This document shows, piece after piece, positions 51,545 to 60,164 of a stretch of DNA of 64,000 nucleotides. This DNA is from Nitrososphaeria archaeon (GTDB lineage Archaea; Thermoproteota; Nitrososphaeria; JACIWG01). Numbering within the stretch: the first letter of the stretch is position 1; each line of letters starts with the position of its first letter. The DNA is taken from contig JAOAKB010000004.1 in assembly GCA_026413865.1 (NCBI GenBank), positions 1,664 through 65,663 on the forward strand, read 5' to 3'. The notes below the pieces were generated by a model, which did not search any database, was not told where the DNA came from, and worked only from the letters and a program-made list of their open reading frames with translations. Both the position numbers and the translations under genes were made by a program.

Positions 51545-51850
51545 AGCATCATAAAGGATTATACCTTCCTTTAAAACATTATAATCATACTAAATTCTTC
51601 TCCAGTATATCCAAAAGGTTCTATAGGAAGATTCTGATCATCAAGTTCGAGCAAAATCCTAATTCTTTCTAGACTGCTTTATAGTCTGCAAAAAATAAAC
51701 GCTCTCATATATTTTTAATATAATTATCTAGAAACTTTATTCAAATTTCTTATAATAATTAAATCTATATCAGGCCCTCATTAGAGTCGCCTCTTGTAAA
51801 TGAACCAAAAAGAAAAACTTTTTAGGCTTCAACTTATCTACAATTATATT
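51545..51850 (-). pseudogene. Minimal nucleotidyltransferase (MNT) antitoxin remnant
   Basis: Minus-strand fragments in shifted frames: FGSFTRGDSNEA/DIDLIII (GS..RGD....DxD motif) and LERIRILLELDDQNLPIEPFGYTGEEF. Boundaries approximate. Confidence 0.7.
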
Positions 51851-51879
51851 CTTGTACGCTTCTATACCTTCAAAAATTT

Positions 51880-52238
51880 CTTTACTTCTATTAATATTGA
51901 TTCTGCACAACTTACAAATTTTTTCAGCCAACTCACTTGTATAGTATCTGTAGGGTGCACCTGAAGGAGAAACGTTCAGATATCTTGAACCAATATAATG
52001 CCTATCTAATGCTCTAGCAAAATTCATAAATGAGTTAAATCTTGCATCAAACTTAAACAACCAAAATCAAGAACAGAATGCTTTATTATGGCCCTAAACC
52101 TTTAAGGGCCTTTTCAGCCTCCCGCTCTGAAAAAAGATTAAGCATAATAGTTATCATCCTTAATACAATCTCTAGCTGTTTTAAGAACAGCTTCAGCCTG
52201 ATCAACTCGCCTGACCCTTTAATAAAATTTTTATCCAT
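51880..52238 (-). pseudogene. HEPN-domain toxin remnant
   Basis: Frameshifted fragments DQAEAVLKTARDCIKDDNYYA*, EAEKALKG and ARALDRHYIGSRY..SPSGAPY.YYT..AE match HEPN N- and C-terminal patterns. Boundaries approximate. Confidence 0.72.
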
Positions 52239-52326
52239 AAAATCAGTTTTCTAAGAATTTAGCCAGAAACTTCTAATTTAATTTTCAAAGCAAAAGATTT
52301 AAAATCGTGCAATAAAAGTTATGTTT

Positions 52327-52401
52327 GGGCTCGTAGCTCAGCATGGATAGAGCGGCAGCCTCCTAAGCTGTAGGTCGGGGGTTCAAATCCCCTCGGGCCC
52401 G
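52327..52401 (+). tRNA. tRNA-Arg (CCT)
   Basis: Cloverleaf GGGCTCG/CGGGCCC; D arm GCTC..GAGC; anticodon arm GCAGC-CTCCTAA-GCTGT; T arm GGGGG-TTCAAAT-CCCCT. CCA not encoded; TTTAAAA at 52298. Confidence 0.96.
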
Positions 52402-52546
52402 TTAAATTTTATCTTTGGATAGCGTTCAGAATTTATCTGACAGAAATTTTTCTTGAATAAAATTGTTTTTCACTTGCCTTTTTACAATTAACACTCTACC
52501 TTTAAGCATATATACATCTTTATTTTTGATATATATTTGATAAGGC

Positions 52547-53554
52547 TTGGAAAAACGTAAATTGATACGACTTGGAAGATCTACATTAGTTATATCTATA
52601 CCATCAGATTGGGTTAGAATTAATGGGTTAAATCCTGGTGATACAATTAATTTGGAGGTTCAAAATGATGGTGCACTTATAATTTATCCTAGTGAAGCTA
52701 GAACCTTTATGAATAATGAGATAATAATTTATGTTGACCAATTTAAGAGTGATGGTGAAATTGCTAGAGAGATACTATCTTACTATTTAAACGGATATAA
52801 CACTATAAAGGTTGTTTCAAGTAAGGTTCTCACTGTTAGACAACAAAAGTTGGTACGACAACTGGCTCAAAAACTTTACATGAACATAATTAGTGCGGCC
52901 TCGAGTGAAATGGTCATGCAAAGTCTACTTGACCTTTCAAAAATACCATTAGATACAAGCTTGACACGAATGTACACTATAACCTATTCAATGTTCTCCG
53001 ATCTTGTTAAGGCTTTAGAAAACTATGACCATGACTTAGCTGTAGCAATAATTTCATTGGACGATGAAGTAGATAACTTTTCATATCTTCTATTAAGACT
53101 TCTTAGGACAATGCTAACACACTCTAGCACATCTGAACAAATCAAGATTTCGAGGAACAGTTGTCTAGATGGACTTATAGTGGTACAGAATATAGAATAT
53201 ATCGCAGATAACATTGTCAATGTAGCTCAAAGATTTTTAGGTATACTAGAGGAGAAAAGGAGATTTCCAAAAGAACTTTTAGAACTTTTAAAAAAATTGT
53301 GTGAAGAATGCATAAAATATTATGATGATGCATTCAGAGCATACATTTCAGTAGACAGTGAACTTTCAAATAGAATTTTGGAAAGGCGTACAGTATTTAA
53401 TGAACTCAATTTAAGGATACTTGAAAGTCTGATTAAGCAACAGGACCCTGTTATTGTTTGTACAACATGCACTATAAACAGTAATATTCAAGCAATAATA
53501 GCTAGTTCTTCGAGGATAGCTGAAGCAGCAATAAATAAACATGCTATAAAATAA
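52547..53554 (+). CDS. AbrB-PhoU family regulator (archaeal phosphate-uptake-regulator type)
   Basis: N-terminal AbrB domain RKLIRLGRSTLVISIPSDWV..GL.PGD. PhoU repeats DDEVD.F and IEYIADN. Confidence 0.88.
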   Translation: MEKRKLIRLGRSTLVISIPSDWVRINGLNPGDTINLEVQNDGALIIYPSEARTFMNNEIIIYVDQFKSDGEIAREILSYYLNGYNTIKVVSSKVLTVRQQKLVRQLAQKLYMNIISAASSEMVMQSLLDLSKIPLDTSLTRMYTITYSMFSDLVKALENYDHDLAVAIISLDDEVDNFSYLLLRLLRTMLTHSSTSEQIKISRNSCLDGLIVVQNIEYIADNIVNVAQRFLGILEEKRRFPKELLELLKKLCEECIKYYDDAFRAYISVDSELSNRILERRTVFNELNLRILESLIKQQDPVIVCTTCTINSNIQAIIASSSRIAEAAINKHAIK

Positions 53555-53681
53555 ATATATTTATGTATATAATTTTATATTGTTTTCTATACCTATATAC
53601 TGTTTATATTAGTATAGTGGCAAAAAATATATACTCAAGTATGTCATCCGATGGATAATAACATAATAAGGGGCGAAAAGG

Positions 53682-54182
53682 TTGACAACTTCTGCAACAA
53701 GTTTAGATAAAAGATTAATTTTAGTGGATAAGACAATAGCTGTTCATGGAAACAGAAGAGATGCACTACTGGAAATTCTCCATACAGCACATAATGTGTA
53801 CGGATTTCTTGACAAGAAAATACTTTTGCATATTTCGGAAAAATTGAGGATTCCTCCTAGTCAAGTTTATGGAGTTGCAACCTTCTATAACTATTTTAAG
53901 CTGAAGAAGCCTGGTTCTCATTCGGTAACTTTTTGCCTTGGAACTGCATGCTATGTTAAAGGGGTTGAAGAAATACTTTCAGCATTAGAAAAAGAATTTA
54001 ATGTTAAAAGAGGAGAAACGTCCTCTGATGGGAAACTTTCTCTATTTGTTACACGATGTGTTGGAGCCTGTGCTATGGCTCCAAATGTTATAGTTGACGA
54101 TGAAATGATAGGTAAGGCTACAAAGGAGGTAGTCTTAGAGAGAATAAGAAAAATTTTGGAGAGTGAAAGGGTTGAAGCCTGA
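53682..54182 (+). CDS. hoxE: Bidirectional hydrogenase subunit HoxE (NuoE-like 2Fe-2S)
   Basis: ALLEILHTAH..YG, VYGVATFY, CLGTACYVKG, CVGAC.MAP. Confidence 0.9.
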   Translation: MTTSATSLDKRLILVDKTIAVHGNRRDALLEILHTAHNVYGFLDKKILLHISEKLRIPPSQVYGVATFYNYFKLKKPGSHSVTFCLGTACYVKGVEEILSALEKEFNVKRGETSSDGKLSLFVTRCVGACAMAPNVIVDDEMIGKATKEVVLERIRKILESERVEA

Positions 54183-55824
54183 AGAAATTCAGAAGATTGC
54201 AGAAACAGAACATGACCTTAGAATGTCATATAAGTATCGTATTAATGTGTGTTGTTCAAGCGGATGCCTTCCTTTTGGAGCTCAAAAGCTTTTGAAAGCT
54301 TTTGAGGACACCATAAAAGAGTTGGGTCTGGAAAGGGTCTGTAAGGTTGCAAGGACAGGTTGTGTGGGAACATGTTCTGTTGCTCCAGTGGTTCTAATTG
54401 ATCCTGGTAATCATCTTTATCAGAATGTTAAGCCTGAGGATGCAAAAAAGATAGTTCAAGAACACATTATTAATGGACAAGTTTTAGAAGAATACCTTTA
54501 CAAAAATGAAGCATATTTTAGCAAACAGTATAGGCTTATATTAAGGAATGCTGGAAAAATTGACCCTTTAAGAATAGAAGATTATATTGCAGTTGGAGGA
54601 TATTCTGCTCTTGCAAAGGCCTTAACACAAATGACACCAGAGCAAATAATATATGAGATAAGTTTAAGTGGTCTAAGAGGGCGTGGTGGTGCAGGATTTT
54701 CTACAGGACAAAAATGGAATTTTGTCGCAAAATCTACTGCAAAACCAAAGTATATTGTAGCAAACCTAGATGAAGGAGATCCTGGAGTATTTGCAAACCG
54801 TACACTTGCGGAGGCAGACCCACATGCAATAATCGAGGGAATGACAATTGCAGCATATGCTGTTGGAGCAGAAAAAGGATTCATTTATATAAGGGCAGAG
54901 TACCCGCTTGCAATCCAAACTTTAAAGAAGGCAATAGAGCAAGCTAAATCATATGGTCTTCTTGGAAACAATATTCTTGGGTCAACATTAAATTTTGACA
55001 TAGAACTAAGACTTGGAGCAGGAGCGTTTGTTGCAGGAGAAGAGACTGCTATACTTTCTTCGATAGAGGGTCTTAGGGCTACACCTAGGCCTAGGCCACC
55101 ATATCCTGCTGTTTCAGGACTTTGGGGTAAGCCTACATTAATAAATAATGTTGAAACTTTGGCTAATGTTCCATTAATTATATTAAATGGTGGAACCTGG
55201 TTTTCTAAGTTAGGTACACCAAAGTGTACTGGAACAAAATGTTTTTCATTAACGGGTAAGGTAAAGAATCCTGGTCTTATAGAAGTGCCTATGGGTATAA
55301 CGTTAAAGGAAATCGTTTACGAAATTGGTGGAGGGGTGCCGGATGGTAAAAAGTTTAAGGCAGTTCTTGTAGGAGGGCCTTCTGGAGGATGCCTTCCTGA
55401 AAGTATGCTTTCACTGCCAATAGACTATGAATCGCTTACTCAAGCGGGAGCAATTATGGGGTCAGGGGGAATTGTTGTAATAGACGATGAATCATGTATT
55501 GTTGATACAGCACGATTCTTCATAGATTTTTGTATGGATGAATCATGTGGAAAATGTATACCATGCCGTGCTGGACTACCTAAGGTTAGAGAAATTTTAG
55601 ACAGGATTATGTTAGGTGAAGGAAAAGTAGAAGATCTTAAAGTTTTGGAGGAACTCTGCTATCTTATTAAAGATGCAAGCTTATGCGGTCTAGGCCAGAC
55701 AGCACCAAACCCTGTACTAACAACTTTAAACTATTTCAAACAAGAGTATCTTGCACATATTGTAGAAAAAAGTTGTCCAGCCAAAAAATGTATTCTTAAA
55801 AAAGTGGAGGTTGTGAAAGAATGA
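54163..55824 (+). CDS. hoxF: Bidirectional hydrogenase diaphorase subunit HoxF (NuoF-like)
   Basis: N-terminal 2Fe-2S (CC.SGC..GCVGTC), SGLRGRGGAGF, DEGDPG, GAGAFVAGEET, ESCGKCIPCR, LCGLGQ. Confidence 0.92.
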   Translation: MKGLKPEEIQKIAETEHDLRMSYKYRINVCCSSGCLPFGAQKLLKAFEDTIKELGLERVCKVARTGCVGTCSVAPVVLIDPGNHLYQNVKPEDAKKIVQEHIINGQVLEEYLYKNEAYFSKQYRLILRNAGKIDPLRIEDYIAVGGYSALAKALTQMTPEQIIYEISLSGLRGRGGAGFSTGQKWNFVAKSTAKPKYIVANLDEGDPGVFANRTLAEADPHAIIEGMTIAAYAVGAEKGFIYIRAEYPLAIQTLKKAIEQAKSYGLLGNNILGSTLNFDIELRLGAGAFVAGEETAILSSIEGLRATPRPRPPYPAVSGLWGKPTLINNVETLANVPLIILNGGTWFSKLGTPKCTGTKCFSLTGKVKNPGLIEVPMGITLKEIVYEIGGGVPDGKKFKAVLVGGPSGGCLPESMLSLPIDYESLTQAGAIMGSGGIVVIDDESCIVDTARFFIDFCMDESCGKCIPCRAGLPKVREILDRIMLGEGKVEDLKVLEELCYLIKDASLCGLGQTAPNPVLTTLNYFKQEYLAHIVEKSCPAKKCILKKVEVVKE

Positions 55825-56525
55825 GTGAGAGAATTGTTAAGCTTATAATAGATGGTAAAGAAATTTTTGCAAAACCAACAGACACAATATTAAAGGCGGC
55901 TATAGATAATGGAATACAGATTCCAACATTATGCTACCTTGAAGGTCTTACACCACATGGAGGGTGCAGACTTTGTGTTGTCGAAGTAAAAGGCAACCCT
56001 AAACTTATGACTTCATGCACGACACCAGTGAGCAATAATATGGAGATAATAACAAACTCGCCAAAACTTATAAAATATCGCAAACAGATAATAGAACTCT
56101 TATTAGCTGAAAGAATACACACGTGTTCAGTATGTATTGCAAATGGAAGTTGTGAACTCCAAGAATTAGCATCAAAATTTGGAGTAGACCATACAAATGT
56201 TTCAAGAAACTGGGAACGTTTTGAACTTGACATGTCACATGAACGCTTTGTCCTAGACCATAATAGATGCATACTATGTACAAGATGCATTAGAGTATGT
56301 GATGAAATAGAAGGTGTTCATACTCTTGACATAAAAAGGAGGGGAAAAGATTCGATGATTATAGTGGACTTAGATGAACCATGGTCAGCATCATACTCAT
56401 GTACATCATGTGGAAAATGTTCAGCTGTATGCCCAGTTGGAGCAATATATGTTAAGGGAAAACCTTTATCGGAGACCAAGAGAAAGGAACTTCCCAAATT
56501 TATTACCGAAAGAAGGAGGAGATGA
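55821..56525 (+). CDS. hoxU: Bidirectional hydrogenase subunit HoxU (NuoG N-terminal-like)
   Basis: IPTLC, GGCRLC, HTCSVC..NGSCELQ, DHNRCILCTRCIRVC, CTSCGKCSAVCP. Confidence 0.92.
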   Translation: MSERIVKLIIDGKEIFAKPTDTILKAAIDNGIQIPTLCYLEGLTPHGGCRLCVVEVKGNPKLMTSCTTPVSNNMEIITNSPKLIKYRKQIIELLLAERIHTCSVCIANGSCELQELASKFGVDHTNVSRNWERFELDMSHERFVLDHNRCILCTRCIRVCDEIEGVHTLDIKRRGKDSMIIVDLDEPWSASYSCTSCGKCSAVCPVGAIYVKGKPLSETKRKELPKFITERRRR

Positions 56526-57064
56526 TTGTGTTGGCTAAAGTTAAGGTTGCAACTGTATGGTTAAGTGGATGCTCAGGATGCCACATGTCATTCCTAGACC
56601 AAGACGAGAAGCTTATAGAATTGTCTAAAAGGATAGAGCTGGTCTATAGTCCAATAGCTGATGTGAAAGAGTTTCCGGAAAACGTTGACATAACATTTAT
56701 TGAAGGCGCTGTAGCAAACGAGGAACAATTTCATCTATTAAAGCTAATAAGAGAACGTACAAAACTTCTAATAGCATTAGGAGACTGTGCTGTAACAGGA
56801 AACGTTGTCACACTAAGGAACTGTTTCCAAGATAGTGTGAAGGAAGTTCTTGAAAAGGCCTATATTGAAACTGTAACATACAATCCACAATATCCAGTGC
56901 AGGTTCCTAAGCTTTTAGAAAAAGCATATTCAATTAACGAGGTTGTTAAGGTAGACTTTTACATACCCGGATGCCCTCCTTCAGCAGACCTAATCAACTA
57001 TGTTATAACAGAATTCTTAGAGGGAAGAGTACCCTCTATAGAGGAGAAATTTAAATATGGTTAG
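56522..57064 (+). CDS. hoxY: NiFe hydrogenase small subunit HoxY
   Basis: ATVWLSGCSGCHMSFLD, EGAV, GDCAVTGNV, IPGCPP; short single-cluster form. Confidence 0.92.
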   Translation: MIVLAKVKVATVWLSGCSGCHMSFLDQDEKLIELSKRIELVYSPIADVKEFPENVDITFIEGAVANEEQFHLLKLIRERTKLLIALGDCAVTGNVVTLRNCFQDSVKEVLEKAYIETVTYNPQYPVQVPKLLEKAYSINEVVKVDFYIPGCPPSADLINYVITEFLEGRVPSIEEKFKYG

Positions 57065-57074
57065 GTGAAATTTT

Positions 57075-58511
57075 ATGAAAGAAATTGTGATAAATCCTGT
57101 AACAAGAATTGAGGGACATGCAAAGGTTACAATATTCTTAGATGAAAACGATGAGGTTAAGGAAGCACGTTTCCAGGTAACAGACTTTAGAGGGTTTGAA
57201 AAATTCTGTGAAGGAAGACCCTTTTATGAAATGCCATCTATAACATCAAGAGTTTGTGGAATATGTCCAGTAAGTCACTTACTTGCTTCAGTAAAAGCAT
57301 GTGACCAGATAGCTTCTGTAATAATTCCTGAGACAGCTGAAAGGTTAAGAAGACTAATGCACTTTGGCCAAATAATACAGTCTCATGCACTAAGCTTCTT
57401 CCATCTATCATCTCCAGACCTACTGCTTGGAATGGACTATAGTCCAATGAAAAGAAACATATTTGAGCTAATAGAAAAATATCCTGAAATAGCAAAAAGA
57501 GGAATATTTCTAAGAAGATTTGGGCAACAGATTATAGAAAGATTAAGCGGTAAAAGAATACATTCAGGAGAATGGATAATGCCCGGCGGAGTTAAAACAC
57601 CACTTTCAAAAGAAAAGCGTGACATGATTCTTAGAGACACACCTGAGGCTTTAAAAATGATACAAGTAACATTAGAAGAATTCAAGAAGAGTATTGAAAG
57701 ATTTAGAGATGAAGTTGAGAGTTTTGGAAACTTTCCAACATACTATCTTGGCCTCGTATCAGAAAAAGGGCTTCTAGAACATTATGATGGAAAGATAAGA
57801 ATTGTTGGACCAGATGGTGAAATTGTTGCAGACAATCTTGAACCAACAAAGTACTTCGAATATATTGGTGAAGCAGTTGAACCATGGTCTTACATGAAGT
57901 TCCCATACTATAAGCAAAAAGGATATCCTGCTGGAGTATACCGTGTAGGCCCATTGGCAAGATTGAATATTGTCCAAAAATGTGGAACACCAATGGCTGA
58001 CAAAGAATTAAGAGAGTATAGAAAACTTGGCAAAAACGGTATAGTTGAAAGCACATTCTTATACCATTATGCTAGGCTAATAGAAATATTATATAGTGTA
58101 GAAAAAGTTAAAGAGATGCTTGAAGACCCCAAAATTTTAGACGAAAATGTTCAAGCAAAATCATATGCTTCAAGAGAAGAAGGTGTAGGTGTTGCTGAAG
58201 CACCAAGAGGGACACTAATACATCATTATAAAGTTGACAGAAATGGTAAAATAATATGGACAAACCTAATAATCGCTACAGAAAACAATAATCTAGCATA
58301 TAACATGGCGATAACACAGGTAGCAAAAAAATATGTTAATGGAAAAAGATTAGATGAGGGAATGCTTAACAGGGTTGAGGCTGTTATAAGAGCATTTGAC
58401 CCATGCCTAAGCTGTGCCACACACACATGGGGAAGGATGCCGCTTTCAATACATCTATACGATTCTAGAGGAAAAGAAGTGGACCGACTTATACAAGAAA
58501 ACCTACCTTAA
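57075..58511 (+). CDS. hoxH: NiFe hydrogenase large subunit HoxH (group 3d-like)
   Basis: PVTRIEGH, L1 RVCGICPVSH, EAPRGTLIHHY, L2 FDPCLSCATH followed by a cleavable C-terminal tail. Confidence 0.93.
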   Translation: MKEIVINPVTRIEGHAKVTIFLDENDEVKEARFQVTDFRGFEKFCEGRPFYEMPSITSRVCGICPVSHLLASVKACDQIASVIIPETAERLRRLMHFGQIIQSHALSFFHLSSPDLLLGMDYSPMKRNIFELIEKYPEIAKRGIFLRRFGQQIIERLSGKRIHSGEWIMPGGVKTPLSKEKRDMILRDTPEALKMIQVTLEEFKKSIERFRDEVESFGNFPTYYLGLVSEKGLLEHYDGKIRIVGPDGEIVADNLEPTKYFEYIGEAVEPWSYMKFPYYKQKGYPAGVYRVGPLARLNIVQKCGTPMADKELREYRKLGKNGIVESTFLYHYARLIEILYSVEKVKEMLEDPKILDENVQAKSYASREEGVGVAEAPRGTLIHHYKVDRNGKIIWTNLIIATENNNLAYNMAITQVAKKYVNGKRLDEGMLNRVEAVIRAFDPCLSCATHTWGRMPLSIHLYDSRGKEVDRLIQENLP

Positions 58512-60164
58512 AACGTACTTGAAAAGAGATTCGAACGCAGAAAGTATGCTGTTGCCATGAACATTCTTATTTATTAGGAAAAGGCAATGTGAACCGCCAG
58601 TTGAAAGTATATCTAGAGCGTGTCTAATCATCTTATACGCCTGCTCGAAACTTGTTAAAATAATAATATCACTTATATTATCGAAAACAATACAGCCACC
58701 GACTCTAGTAATAGTATTAAAAAAGCCTAGAATAGACGATATATCTCCTGCCGGAACAAAACTTATTCTTTCATTCAACTGCACAACCTTTGAATGTGTT
58801 GTTGAAAGGAAAACAAATTTTAAATTTTCAAACATATTAAGTGCATTTTCTAAAACACTACCCTTTCGTGTAAAAACATAAACATTTTCACCATTACATA
58901 AACATTCTTTAACAAAATCTAAAACTCTAGGTAAATAATCTTCTGAAGAAAATTCTAGAAGAAAATTTGATATTTTAAAAACATCATGTGTAATACCAAT
59001 ATTTTTAGAGAAAACTTCAAAGTCGTTTAAACTAAAACCTTTAGGCAAAAACATCTGCTTTAAATCTTTAGAAAACATTTCAAAAAGCCTTTCAGACCTA
59101 ACATAATTTTCATGCCTTTTAAGCACTTGAACAAGCGCTGCACCAAGCACACTATAATTTTTGTTAATAAATTCGACAAGAAAACTTCCAAAACTTTTAT
59201 CTAATTCACCAGATTCAAGTAGTGTGAGAGTAAGGTCTATGAATTTATTAACCGTATCCACTTCAATATCACCTCTAATATTTAATAGAATTCTAGAATC
59301 CTTACTATCAAAGGACAAAACGTCACCTAAACCTCTTTCATTCAAATAAGATAATATTCTAAAATATCTTATACCAAGCTGCTCAGGAAAACTTGACATA
59401 CTTTCAATAAAAGCCTTTAAAAGCTTAGAAAAGTCTTCAGCCATTTTAGAATAGCCTAAAGGAACCAGGGTAATAATATCCTTTGAAGGAATGTTTAACA
59501 CATGATATATTACTAAGAATGTTGCAAGATAAAAGAAGCCACCTAAAGGTGGAAAGTTGGGGTTCACCTGAAGCAGGATAAAGTTTGTGACCGTAACACC
59601 GATAGCCTGAAATATTATAAAAGAGACTAAAATGTAGAGTAAACTTTTTCTAAGAGACTTTGATGCAGCCTTAAGCCATAAAAAGATGAGGACAAAAAGT
59701 ATTGAAGCCATATAAATTGGTGTAAAAAAAATTATTACAAAAGTTGCGTGAGGAGCAATTATTGTATGATAACTCCATCCAAAAGCACCTTCAACCATTT
59801 CATATTCGACAAAAAATGTGTAAATGATGCTTCCAAATACACTTGGAGCAAGGCATAATAGATTCAATAATCTTGTCCTCCAAATGTTAAGAAATGTTAA
59901 GAAAAAGAAGCCTAAAATAAATGGATGAACTACACCTATTACCTTAAATATTTGAATAGAAAATTCGTATGTTGCCGCAGTCCTATGAATAAATACAAGC
60001 ACATCCCATAACACGATAGAAAAACCAAAAAGTGCAAGAGAAACACTAACAAAGTTTACTTTCAACCTGTAGAGAGTTAATATTGTTGCAAAAACTATTG
60101 CCAAGGCTCCAAGAATATATTCTATGAAGAGAAAAATATAGTTAAAAGAGAATGGTTCAAGCAT
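58503..60164 (-). CDS. 7TM sensor (HisKA_7TM-like) fused to a degenerate KaiC/DUF835-like domain
   Basis: About seven hydrophobic helices in the first ~225 aa with a W-containing helix 2 (SIVLWD). Soluble C-terminus CIVFDNISDIIILTSFEQAYKMI...CLFLIN...H...ILSAFESLF resembles a RecA/KaiC fold with no Walker A. No His-kinase H/N/G boxes. Confidence 0.7.
   Translation of the reverse strand: MLEPFSFNYIFLFIEYILGALAIVFATILTLYRLKVNFVSVSLALFGFSIVLWDVLVFIHRTAATYEFSIQIFKVIGVVHPFILGFFFLTFLNIWRTRLLNLLCLAPSVFGSIIYTFFVEYEMVEGAFGWSYHTIIAPHATFVIIFFTPIYMASILFVLIFLWLKAASKSLRKSLLYILVSFIIFQAIGVTVTNFILLQVNPNFPPLGGFFYLATFLVIYHVLNIPSKDIITLVPLGYSKMAEDFSKLLKAFIESMSSFPEQLGIRYFRILSYLNERGLGDVLSFDSKDSRILLNIRGDIEVDTVNKFIDLTLTLLESGELDKSFGSFLVEFINKNYSVLGAALVQVLKRHENYVRSERLFEMFSKDLKQMFLPKGFSLNDFEVFSKNIGITHDVFKISNFLLEFSSEDYLPRVLDFVKECLCNGENVYVFTRKGSVLENALNMFENLKFVFLSTTHSKVVQLNERISFVPAGDISSILGFFNTITRVGGCIVFDNISDIIILTSFEQAYKMIRHALDILSTGGSHCLFLINKNVHGNSILSAFESLFKYVLR

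Noticed and set aside
51770..52060. 96-aa ORF as an intact gene
   Set aside because: It is a chimera of the HEPN C-terminal fragment and out-of-frame MNT sequence; treated as a pseudogene.
52426..52440. Small inverted repeat TCAGA-N5-TCTGA downstream of tRNA-Arg
   Set aside because: A 5-bp arm is expected by chance; there is no other support.
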